Positions 27,687-36,597 of a DNA stretch of 64,000 nucleotides are shown piece after piece. Position 1 is the first letter of the stretch; each line of letters begins with the position of its first letter. This DNA is from an uncultured Chloroflexia bacterium (GTDB taxonomy: Bacteria > Chloroflexota > Limnocylindria > Limnocylindrales > CSP1-4), in the NCBI GenBank assembly GCA_963752475.1, contig CAVVYR010000006.1, forward strand, positions 64,001 through 128,000, given 5' to 3'. The notes beneath the pieces are model-generated. The model worked only from the letters and a program-made list of their open reading frames with translations, ran no database searches and was not told where the DNA came from. The position numbers and the translations under genes are program-made.

Positions 27687-29132
27687 ATGCGACCGACCAT
27701 CCGCATCCTTGACGACGCGCAGCTGGAGCTCGTGCTCCACGAGTCGCTGCGCATCCTCGAGGAGGTCGGCGTCAAGGTCGTCGGTGAGGAGATGAATGCT
27801 CGGCTCGGCGACGCCGGCTTCAAGACCAACGACAAGGGCCGCTGGGTGTTCTCGGCCGACCGCGTGCGGGCCGCCATCGAGACGGTCCCCGCCAGCTTCA
27901 TGCTCTACGACCGCAACGGTGATGAGTACGCCGAGTACGGCGTGGGCATCAGCCACTTCGCGCCAGGCTCGAGCGGACTCAACATCATCGACCACCGCAC
28001 CGGCGAGCATCGAGGGGCCGCGACAGGCGACTTCATCGAGTACATCAAGGTCGGCCACCAGCTGAAGCACGTGCGCACGCTGGCCACGGCCTTCTCGAGC
28101 AAGGAGATCGAGCCTGTCATCTCCGACGCCTGGCGGCTCTACCTGCTCCTGCGCTACACCACCAAGGCCTTCATCAGCGGCGCATTCACCGAGCACTCGG
28201 TCCCGCGGCTGGTGCAGTTGATGGGGCTGTACCGACGGGACGCGGCGGATCTTGCCGCGCGCCCGATGGCCATCTGCACCGTCACCGCGGCCGGGCAGTT
28301 CACGTACAACGAGGACTCCACGCAGAACCTCATCGATTTCGTCGAGGCCGGCATCCCGGTCGAGATCGTGCCCATCACGCTGATGGCGCTCAACGCGCCG
28401 GTGACGCTGCCGGGCGCGCTCGCCTTCCACACCGCGGAGGTACTGGCCGGCGTGCTCATGGCGCAGACGATCAAGCCGGGTGCACCGACGCTGTTCGGTG
28501 GCTCCGCAGCCGCCTTCCACATGCAGAACACGACCTCGCCGATGACCGCCATCGAGGCCCTGCGGCTGACCAACGCGAGCTCGCTCATGGGCAAGCACCT
28601 GGGCCTGCCGACGCAGGCCTACACCGGCTTCAGCGAGGCCAAGGTGCTCGATGCGCAGGCGGGTTCGGAGACGGCCATGGGTGCGCTGTTGGCGGTGCAG
28701 TCGGGGCTCGACTCGGTCTCGGGCGTGGGCATGCTCGACTACCTGCTCACGTTCAGCATCCCCAAGCTCGTCATCGACGATGAGATCGTGGGCCAGGCGC
28801 TGCACTTCCAGGGCGACATCGTCGATACCGGCGACATCCCCGCGACGGCCATCATCGAGGAGATGTTCGAGGAGGGCCACGCGCTCGTCTCCGAGCACAC
28901 GATGACCAACTGGCCGAGCGCGATGTACCTGCCGGGGGAGGTCTGGGACCGCGACGCCTACGATGCCTGGGCGGCCAAGGGCGAGCTCGACGTGGTGGCG
29001 CGGGCGACCGCCGAGGTCGAGCGGCTGCTGGGCACGTACGAGATGCCCGAAGCCGACCCCGCTCTCGATGCCGAAGCGCGAGCCATCATCAAGTCGGGCC
29101 AGACCCGCGACGAGGAACTACCGGAGGCATAG
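27687..29132 (+). CDS. Trimethylamine methyltransferase (MttB/MtgB) superfamily protein, no pyrrolysine
   Basis: LHESLRILEEVGV, APVTLPGAL...AEVLAG...Q..KPGAP, EAKVLDAQAG.E, GMLD, KLVIDDE; no in-frame TAG. Confidence 0.88.
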   Translation: MRPTIRILDDAQLELVLHESLRILEEVGVKVVGEEMNARLGDAGFKTNDKGRWVFSADRVRAAIETVPASFMLYDRNGDEYAEYGVGISHFAPGSSGLNIIDHRTGEHRGAATGDFIEYIKVGHQLKHVRTLATAFSSKEIEPVISDAWRLYLLLRYTTKAFISGAFTEHSVPRLVQLMGLYRRDAADLAARPMAICTVTAAGQFTYNEDSTQNLIDFVEAGIPVEIVPITLMALNAPVTLPGALAFHTAEVLAGVLMAQTIKPGAPTLFGGSAAAFHMQNTTSPMTAIEALRLTNASSLMGKHLGLPTQAYTGFSEAKVLDAQAGSETAMGALLAVQSGLDSVSGVGMLDYLLTFSIPKLVIDDEIVGQALHFQGDIVDTGDIPATAIIEEMFEEGHALVSEHTMTNWPSAMYLPGEVWDRDAYDAWAAKGELDVVARATAEVERLLGTYEMPEADPALDAEARAIIKSGQTRDEELPEA

Positions 29133-29138
29133 GTTCGG

Positions 29139-29528
29139 ATGTTGGATTTCCTGGTGGCGCTGTTCGCGGGCGTGATGGGTGCGGCCATGGCCGGCATCTG
29201 GGTCCGCGACATCATGAGCGGCCACGGCTTCGACGCGCCGCATGGGTTGCTTCGGGCGCGCGAGGCTGACTCGGACGACCTCATGGTCTGGCACTGGGCG
29301 GCCGAGTTCGGGACTGCGATCGCGCTGATGGTGGGCGCGTTCCTCATCCTCATCAACGCCGCGCTCGCGGAGCCGATCATGCTGATCGCACTCGGTGGGC
29401 TGATGTACACCGCCACCAACAGCCTGGGCTGGTCACTTGCGGCGCCCGAGCGCTCGCCCTACGTCTGGCCCATGGCCGGCGGCCTCATCGGCGGCATCAT
29501 CAGCGCGGCGGTGCTCATCCTGTTCTAG
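29139..29528 (+). CDS. Hypothetical four-TM membrane protein
   Basis: Hydrophobic ORF 6 nt after the mttB-like gene; HWAAEFGTA, YTATNSLG. Confidence 0.75.
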   Translation: MLDFLVALFAGVMGAAMAGIWVRDIMSGHGFDAPHGLLRAREADSDDLMVWHWAAEFGTAIALMVGAFLILINAALAEPIMLIALGGLMYTATNSLGWSLAAPERSPYVWPMAGGLIGGIISAAVLILF

Positions 29529-29714
29529 GGGCGCGTGGGACCAGCCACGGAGACAGCTGCAGCAGCCGCGCCCGCGTGCTCATGCGGTGAGCGATCTCGA
29601 CCAGCCGGCACGCGGATTCGCAGGTTCCGCTCACCGGACGAGCGAAACCGTCAGTCCTGCTCAGCCCATGAGCAAGGACCTTGAGTACCCCTATACCCTT
29701 TCTACCAAGGCCGG

Positions 29715-30713
29715 TCGAGCGAGGACGCGGCTGGCGAGGTCGGGCTGTCACCAGCGGTGGGAGCGCGCTGGTTCCGCCAGGCTGGCGGGATGCCGCCCAT
29801 CGACCTGGCTCCGGTGTCGGAGCGCTACCTGTCGTTCACCGAGCGGGAGGAGTTGGCGATCCTGCACGCACAGCGATGCGGCGTGCGCGAGATCGCTCGC
29901 CGCCTCGGCCGCTCACCCTCGACGATCTCCCGGGAGCTGCGTCGCAACGCGTCGACCCGCAGCCACACGGTGACGTATCGAGCGTCGACCGCGCAGTGGC
30001 ACGCCGAACGTCGCGCCTGCCGCCCCAAGGTCTCGAAGCTCGCCGCGAACGACCGGCTGCGAGCGTATGTGCAGGACCGCCTCGCGGGCGAGATCGCCAG
30101 GCCCGACGGGGAAGCCGTGCCGGGTCCGCGGGTGCCGTGGGTCGGTCGCCGTCACGGGCGCCGAGCCGATCGACGGTGGGCCACTTCGTGGAGCCCCGAG
30201 CAGATCTCCAACCGGCTCCGGCTCGACTTCCCCGATGATGCCTCCATGCGCATCTCCCACGAGGCCATCTACGGGACCCTCTACGTGCAGGGGCGCGGCG
30301 CCCTCCGCCGCGAGCTCGTGGCCTGCCTGCGGACCGGACGCACGCTGCGGGTACCCCGGGCCCGCACACAGGGGCGCGGCAAGACCTTCGTGACACCCGA
30401 GATCATGATCAGCGAGCGGCCCGCCGAAGCCGACGACCGCGCCGTGCCCGGACACTGGGAGGGCGACCTCATCATCGGACTCGGGAGCTCCGCCATCGGC
30501 ACCCTCGTGGAACGCACCTCGCGCTTCACGCTGCTGCTGCACCTGCCGCGCATGCCAGGCCACGGTGAGGGACGGCCACCCAAGAACGGACCGGCGCTCG
30601 CCGGCCACGGTGCGGAGGCCGTGCGTGACGCCATCGCCGCCTCGATCAGCACCCTGCCCGCGCAGCTCCGTCGCTCGTTGACCTGGGACCAGGGCGCCGA
30701 GTTGGCCCAGCAT
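29715..30713 (+). pseudogene. IS30-family transposase fragment, truncated at both ends
   Basis: RYLSFTEREE, EIARRLGRSPSTISRELRRN, WSPEQIS, ISHEAIY, GHWEGDL, SLTWDQG; similarity ends before the third DDE residue; no IRs recognised. Confidence 0.88.
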
Positions 30714-30744
30714 GGACAGGGATCGACGCAGACACGTCGAGATC

Positions 30745-30822
30745 GCTCACCAGGTGAGCAGCACCGACCTGCTCACTAGGTGAGCAGCACCGGCCCGCTC
30801 GCCGCGCGAGCAGCACCGACCC
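30745..30822. repeat. Three tandem 26-bp units, each with a GCTCRC-N3-GYGAGC palindrome
   Basis: gctcaccaggtgagcagcaccgacct / gctcactaggtgagcagcaccggccc / gctcgccgcgcgagcagcaccgaccc. Confidence 0.8.
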
Positions 30823-32015
30823 TACGAGGCGGCCGCCGTCGAGGACGAGGATGTCTCGTGGTGTTCCTCCGAGCCCCGGACCCAGCCCGTGACCGGCAGG
30901 CGCACGGCCACGGCCGAGGCACCGATGGTCAGCGTGATGGTCGCGAGCAGACCGGCGTAGAGCTCGGGCGAGACGTCCCCGGCCACGAACACGAGCGACA
31001 CCAGCACGAACGAGAACTCACCCAGCTGCGCCAGACCGGTCGCGATCTGCGAGGGCCGCTCCATCCCACCGAGTTTGCTGTAGATGTAGATGATGCCGGT
31101 CTTGAAGGCGAGCATCAGGCCCACGAAGATGAAGACCCACTGGAAGCCGTTGAAGAGCGCCTCGGGGTTGAGCAGCGAGCCGACCGACACGAAGAACAGC
31201 ACCGCGAAGACGTCACGGAAGGGGAGCAGTCGGCGCCGCGCCTCGCCGGCCATGGGGCTATCGGCGATGACGAGGCCGGCCACGAAGGCCGCCAGCGCCA
31301 GCGGGATGCCGAACACGACAGCTCCCACCCCCGCGCCGATCAAGCCCGCCGCGATCGAGACCAGCAGGAAGAGGTCGTGGTAGTTGCGCAGTCGGCCGAG
31401 CACGGCGGGGAAGAGGCGCGCGGCCAGGATGGCCATGAGGAAGAAGAGCCCGAGGCCGATCATGGCCTCGATCGGGTCCCGCTCCTCGGCGTTCCAGAGC
31501 GCCAGCACGATGGCGCCGACGATGACGCCGGTGAGGTCCTGCAACAGGCTCCAGCCAAGCAGCGACATCTCGGTGACCTTGTTCGTACGGCGTGTGACCG
31601 AGCGCGTGATGTTCACGACCACGACCGACGAGGACATGGCCACGCACAGGCCCAGCACCAGCGCCACCTCGAGCGGTTGGCCCAGCAGCGTCAGGGCCAG
31701 GCCGGCCAGCACCGTCGAGGTCACGATCTGCAGGGGGGAGGCCAGCAACAGCGACCGGTGCTCACGGCGGAGCCGCCCCACGTCGAGCTCGATGCCGACC
31801 TCGAAGAGCAGCAGCACCACGCCCACGTCAGCCAGCAGGCGTACGAACTCCTCGTCGGGTCGGGAGCCTTCGGGCAGCAGCTGGAAGCCGACCAGGCCGA
31901 CCATGAGGTACCCGATGACCGCGGGCAGCCCGGCGCGACGGGCGACGAACCCAGCCACGGCAGCGGCAAGGAAGACGATGCCGAGCTCGAGGATCGGGAT
32001 CGCGGTCTCTTCCAT
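30822..32015 (-). CDS. CPA2-family cation:proton antiporter (YbaL/Kef-like, no TrkA domain)
   Basis: LPAVIGY, GVVLLLFEVGIE, SSSVVV, LLQDL, PFRDVF.VLFFVSVG, LAQLGEFSF. Confidence 0.9.
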   Translation of the reverse strand: MEETAIPILELGIVFLAAAVAGFVARRAGLPAVIGYLMVGLVGFQLLPEGSRPDEEFVRLLADVGVVLLLFEVGIELDVGRLRREHRSLLLASPLQIVTSTVLAGLALTLLGQPLEVALVLGLCVAMSSSVVVVNITRSVTRRTNKVTEMSLLGWSLLQDLTGVIVGAIVLALWNAEERDPIEAMIGLGLFFLMAILAARLFPAVLGRLRNYHDLFLLVSIAAGLIGAGVGAVVFGIPLALAAFVAGLVIADSPMAGEARRRLLPFRDVFAVLFFVSVGSLLNPEALFNGFQWVFIFVGLMLAFKTGIIYIYSKLGGMERPSQIATGLAQLGEFSFVLVSLVFVAGDVSPELYAGLLATITLTIGASAVAVRLPVTGWVRGSEEHHETSSSSTAAAS

Positions 32016-32067
32016 CTGCAGAGCGTACCCGCTGGATAGTGCGCAGCGTGACTACAATCCCCGAGCC

Positions 32068-33609
32068 ATGACCGAACGCCTATCTGACCGCGCCCACGAT
32101 CCCTTCCAGCCCGCCGCACCCGAGCGTCCCGCCGGCGACCCCGATGTCGCCGCTGTCGCCGACCTGACCGAGGCGGTCGGGTCCATCCTTCCCGCACTCG
32201 ATGCCTTCAACCGTTTCGAGGGGCAGGACCGCTCGTCGTTCCGTTCGGAGTGGGGTCCGATCCTCGACGAACCACTGCCCGAGGAGGGCGTCGGGGTCGA
32301 GGCGGTGATGGAGATCATGCGCGACACGCTCATCCCCAACGGCCTTCGCCTGGGCCACCCCGGCTTCACCTCCTGGGTCACGACCTCGCCCTCGACCACG
32401 GGCGCGGCCGGCCTCCTGGCCTCGGCCGTCGTCAGCGCCCAGCGCTGGTGGCTGCAGCCGGGCAACCACCTCGACAGCATGTCGGTGCGCTGGATCATCG
32501 ACCTGCTCGGCTTTCCCGAGTCGTTCGTGGGCACGTACACCTCCGGCGGCAGCACGGCCAACCTCGTGGGCATCGGCGGCGCCCGGCAGCACGCGGCCGA
32601 GAAGCTCGGCATCGACGCCGCGCTCGACGGCATCGCCGCCATCCCGGAGCCGCGCGTCTACGCCAGCCCGGAGGTGCACCACGTGGTCACGCGGGCGATG
32701 GGCGTGCTGGGCCTGGGTCGACGCAACCTGCGCACGGTCGACCTCGATGCCGATCGTCGCGCCGACCTGCGCCAGATGGAGGCGTTCATCCGCGAGGACA
32801 TCGCGGCCGGCCGGACGCCCGTCGCCATCGTGGGCAACGCCGGCGACGTCAACACCGGCATCGTCGACCCGCTGCCACAGATGGCGGAGCTGGCGCGCGA
32901 GTTCGACATCTGGTTCCACGTCGACGGCGCCTACGGCGGCTGGGGCATGCTCGACGAGCGCGTGGAAGACGCCTACGGCGACCGTGGTCTCTACGACTCC
33001 TTCGCGGTCGACCCGCACAAGTGGCTGGCGGCACCGGTCGGCACCGGCCTGGCCATCTGTCGCGACGGGGAGCTGCTCAGCCGCGCCTTCACCATCGAGA
33101 CCGGCGCCTACGACCGCGAGCGCAACCAGCAGGAAGCGCCGGTCGGTGACACCGACTCCCCGTGGGGTGCGCTCGGCGGCGGTACGCCCGACTGGGGCGT
33201 GGACTTCTCGACGCCGACCCGCGGCATCCCGGTGTGGGCCATCCTCAAGGAGATCGGCGCCGAGGGCATGCGCGAACGCGTGCGTCGTCACAACGACTTC
33301 GCCCGCATCGTGGCCGAGCACGCCCGCCGCGAGCCCGAGCTGGAGCTGCTCTCGGAGCCACAGCTGTCGATCGCCTGCTTCCGCTATCGGCCGGAGGGTT
33401 GGGACGACCAGGAGCGGCTGAACGAGCTCAACGCCGACATCCTCGCCGAGCTGCGCCGGGTGGGCCGCTCACTGCCGTCGAGCACCAACGTCGATGGCGC
33501 CTTCGCCATCCGCGCCTGCTACATCAACCCGCGCAACGACCGCGAGCACGTCGAGTTGCTCGTGCAGGACGTGCTCGAGATCGGCCGCCGCCTGAGCACC
33601 GCCGGCTAG
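32068..33609 (+). CDS. Group II PLP-dependent decarboxylase (aromatic amino acid/glutamate type)
   Basis: TSGGSTANL, AGDVNTGIVDP, WFHVDGAYGG, DPHKWL with the PLP Lys. Confidence 0.92.
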   Translation: MTERLSDRAHDPFQPAAPERPAGDPDVAAVADLTEAVGSILPALDAFNRFEGQDRSSFRSEWGPILDEPLPEEGVGVEAVMEIMRDTLIPNGLRLGHPGFTSWVTTSPSTTGAAGLLASAVVSAQRWWLQPGNHLDSMSVRWIIDLLGFPESFVGTYTSGGSTANLVGIGGARQHAAEKLGIDAALDGIAAIPEPRVYASPEVHHVVTRAMGVLGLGRRNLRTVDLDADRRADLRQMEAFIREDIAAGRTPVAIVGNAGDVNTGIVDPLPQMAELAREFDIWFHVDGAYGGWGMLDERVEDAYGDRGLYDSFAVDPHKWLAAPVGTGLAICRDGELLSRAFTIETGAYDRERNQQEAPVGDTDSPWGALGGGTPDWGVDFSTPTRGIPVWAILKEIGAEGMRERVRRHNDFARIVAEHARREPELELLSEPQLSIACFRYRPEGWDDQERLNELNADILAELRRVGRSLPSSTNVDGAFAIRACYINPRNDREHVELLVQDVLEIGRRLSTAG

Positions 33610-33628
33610 CCGACCCGCGCACAGAACG

Positions 33629-33657
33629 GAGGCCCGCCCCTTCGCGGGACGGGCCTC
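33629..33657. terminator. GC-rich hairpin between convergent genes
   Basis: GAGGCCCG...TTCG...CGGGCCTC. Confidence 0.6.
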
Positions 33658-33706
33658 GATATCCGATCGTGGTTGGTCGGACGAACGGTCGTTCCGACCG
33701 GAAACC

Positions 33707-34585
33707 CTACCCGGCGATGACGAACGTGGTCAGGTCGTCGGTGTTGTTGCCCGGGTCAGCGTCGATCGCGCCATCCGCAGGCTTGACCTCGACCTCGAGG
33801 GTCACGTTGTCGAAGATGGCGACGCAGGTGTAGGCGTAGACCCAGCTCTTCTGATCGCCCGATGCGAGCTCTGCCTTCTTGCCACTCGGCGACTGCGTCG
33901 TGGTGCAGGGGTCGCCTTCGGGCTGCGTGAACACGGGGACGAGCGAATACGTCGCCGCGTCGGGCCCATCGTTGGAGACGACCGCCTCGAACGACACAGC
34001 TCCGCCGAGGGTGATCTCATTGCCGGTCACCGCCACCGAGAAGTCGGCCTCGGGCGGGGGCGGCGGGGGCGGCGGAGGAGTGGGCGTCGGCTCAGGCTTG
34101 GGCGGGGCTACCGGTGCTACCGGCGCAGCCGGCGCCTTGCCGCAACGGACCATCGGGCCCATGCCGGTGTTCTGCCAGCACTTGTCGGTGCCGCGGCCGC
34201 CGTCGATGTTGTCGTTGCCGGCGTTGCCGAACAGGCGGTCTGGTCCGAGGTTGCCCAGGACCCGGTCGTTGCCCTGTCCGCCGTAGACGAGGTCAGCGCC
34301 CTTGTTGGCGGCGATGACGTCGTTGCCGGGGCCGCCACAGATGACGTCGTTGCCCCGAAGGCCGAAGATCTTGTCGTTGCCACCCAGGGCGGCGATGACG
34401 TCACGCTTGTGCGTGCCCTTGATGACCTCGCTGGCGGCGGTGCCCACGATGGTGGCGACTCGGCCGGCACACTTGACTTCCGGGCCAGCCGCAGCCGGCG
34501 CAGCCACGGTGGCCACGGTCAGCGACGCGAGTAGCGCTCCTGAGGCCACGACGGCCACAAGGCGCGAGATACTGCGGTGCTTCAT
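33707..34585 (-). CDS. Secreted protein with hemolysin-type Ca-binding repeats, poly-Pro linker and DUF11-like Ig domain
   Basis: Signal peptide; CAGRVATIVGT; repeated GGxGND; PTPPPPPPPP; VSNDGPDAA...DADPGNN. Confidence 0.85.
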   Translation of the reverse strand: MKHRSISRLVAVVASGALLASLTVATVAAPAAAGPEVKCAGRVATIVGTAASEVIKGTHKRDVIAALGGNDKIFGLRGNDVICGGPGNDVIAANKGADLVYGGQGNDRVLGNLGPDRLFGNAGNDNIDGGRGTDKCWQNTGMGPMVRCGKAPAAPVAPVAPPKPEPTPTPPPPPPPPPEADFSVAVTGNEITLGGAVSFEAVVSNDGPDAATYSLVPVFTQPEGDPCTTTQSPSGKKAELASGDQKSWVYAYTCVAIFDNVTLEVEVKPADGAIDADPGNNTDDLTTFVIAG

Positions 34586-34781
34586 CTTCGTTCCGCACTC
34601 CTTCTGCATGGCCACGTCACTGCGCCGATGAACATGATGTGGCGCTCAGGCTGGTGGCCGGATGGCGACGTTAGGTACAGAGGAATGCAGGGTCCACCGT
34701 TCGGATGGGACGGGTGGGGCAGGACCTTTGGCTCCACGGTCGACGAAAGCGTGGCCCCCATCCAGTCGCCGCTCGTCGCCT

Positions 34782-35512
34782 CCGGCCCGATGTCGGTGGG
34801 GACGACGTTACCGGCCGGTTCCGCCGTTCCATGTAGACATCTGTCGGTGGAGTCGACGGTGGCGAGGATGGGCCCGACCCCCGGCACCGTCCGCAAGAGC
34901 GGCACGTACTCGTGGTCGGCCCCGAGCCGTGCCAGCTCGGCTTCGCAGCCGCGGATCTCGGCCTCGAGCGCGTCGAGCCGCGCGAGGCTCGCTGCGAGCG
35001 TCCGGTCCCAGGCTCGGGGACCTCGAGCGCCGCGAGCAGCTCCCGGCCCCGGACCCCGAAGAGTCCGTGGCGGGCACGCTGTGGCCGAACGCGAAGAGCG
35101 TGGCGTGGACCCGGTTCTTGATCGAGGTGCGATGGCGCACGAGGTACAGCCGATAGCGGGCACGCTCGCGCTCGGCACGGATGGCCGGGTGGACCAGCCA
35201 GACCGCGGGCACGAGGTCGCGCCAGCGAGGATCGCGAGCACCCGCGCGTCGATCTCGTCGGTCTTGGCCGCGAGCGGTGCGAGGCCCTTGACCCTGGCTG
35301 CGTCGGCGATGAGCACGTCCCAGCCGTGGCCCTGCAGCTCGTCATGCACGAAGCGGGCAGTCACACGAATCGGCCTACCTGTACCGAGAAGCGGTCCCAC
35401 TCCTTGTTCGAATATGCCCTGGCACGCTCAGCACTGGCGGCCACGCGCCTCCGCCATCCGTTTCGGGTGACCACGAGCATGACTACGGTCGACTCGACCG
35501 ACATCTGTCCAC
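34782..35512. repeat. Cluster C of the GTCG-N7-CGAC motif, interrupted by an IS110 fragment
   Basis: Cores at 34792 and 34843 (+, 51 bp apart) and 35488 (-). Confidence 0.7.
34858..35360 (-). pseudogene. IS110-family transposase internal fragment, frameshifted
   Basis: ARFVHDEL, AKTDEIDARVLA, RERARYR...KNRVHATL, LLRTVPGVGPILA; N and C termini missing. Confidence 0.85.
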
Positions 35513-35651
35513 ATGACACACGCCAACCCCGTCGACTTGCGTGCAACCCCGGCCACAGGCGCTCGACCCCGACTACACGCGCGCACGCGCCATGCAGGAT
35601 TGCCGGGCGCGGCACCGGCGTGGCCGGCTCCGGTGTGGCCCTGTCGGGTGC

Positions 35652-36362
35652 CTACAGATCCTGCGGGCGAGGGCCGGCGAGCTTGTCGAGGAAGAGCAGG
35701 ACCGGGCGGGCCGCGTCGAGGTCCTTGGCGATGATGTCCGGCAGCTTGGCCGAGAAGACATCCTTGTCCGCGAGCGGCCGGCTGAAGATGACGTCCTTCA
35801 GCCGCAGCAGATGCCCGTACGGATGGTCCTTGGGGAAGCCCTTGGGGTTGCGCGTCAGCGACTCACCGGTGACCGAGCCGAAGACCGAGCGGAAGCGCCG
35901 GTCCTCGATGGCCCTGAGCACGGCACTCGGGTCGCGGTCGAGCTTCTCTCGGAACGCCGCCAGCCGGGACCGCTCGGGGTGCCACATGCCACCCCCGACG
36001 AAGATGCTGCCCGGCTCCAGGTGGAAGTAGCCACCGACCGCACCGCGCGGGCGCAGCTCGTCACCGCGCGAGTCGTTCCAGGGGAAGTCGGCCCCGATGC
36101 CGGTCTTGTACGGCGACTTGTCCTTGGAGAAGCGGACGTCGCGATAGATGCGGAAGGGTGAGCGCTTGGGGTCGGCCTCCAGCGGCAGCCGAACCTCGTC
36201 GAACCGATCGGCCAGGGCCACGCAGAGGGCTTCGAGCGGCTCCTTGATGAGTTCCTCGTACTGCGCCTTGCGCGGCTTGAACCAGGCACGGTCGTTGTTG
36301 GCGGCGAGATCGGCGAGGAACTGCAGGGCCTCGGGGGAGAAGCCGTTGAACGCGTCTGGCAT
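35652..36362 (-). CDS. DUF2461 (TIGR02453) family protein
   Basis: FLADLAANNDRAWF, FRIYRDVRFSKDKSPYKT, GGGMWHP, PKGFPKDHP. Confidence 0.9.
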   Translation of the reverse strand: MPDAFNGFSPEALQFLADLAANNDRAWFKPRKAQYEELIKEPLEALCVALADRFDEVRLPLEADPKRSPFRIYRDVRFSKDKSPYKTGIGADFPWNDSRGDELRPRGAVGGYFHLEPGSIFVGGGMWHPERSRLAAFREKLDRDPSAVLRAIEDRRFRSVFGSVTGESLTRNPKGFPKDHPYGHLLRLKDVIFSRPLADKDVFSAKLPDIIAKDLDAARPVLLFLDKLAGPRPQDL

Positions 36363-36597
36363 GGGTCGTCTCCTGCGGGTCGCGACCCGCGCTCCGAAAG
36401 GTTCGTCGTTGCCTATGATGGCGCCGGATGGCAATGCCCGCGAACCGACCCGCCTGCCTCGGTCCGTCGTTGGTATCGGTGCCTGCGCGCCGAACGTCCC
36501 ATTCCCTTCGCCCACCCGATGGCTCAGTCTCCGACGCCATGGACTGCCTGCCCAGTGGTGACTCGCTGTGCCCGCGCCCGGCTGATGGTGATTCGGG

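Noticed and set aside
27687-29132. Pyrrolysine recoding in the MttB-family gene
   Set aside because: The frame is open with no internal TAG.
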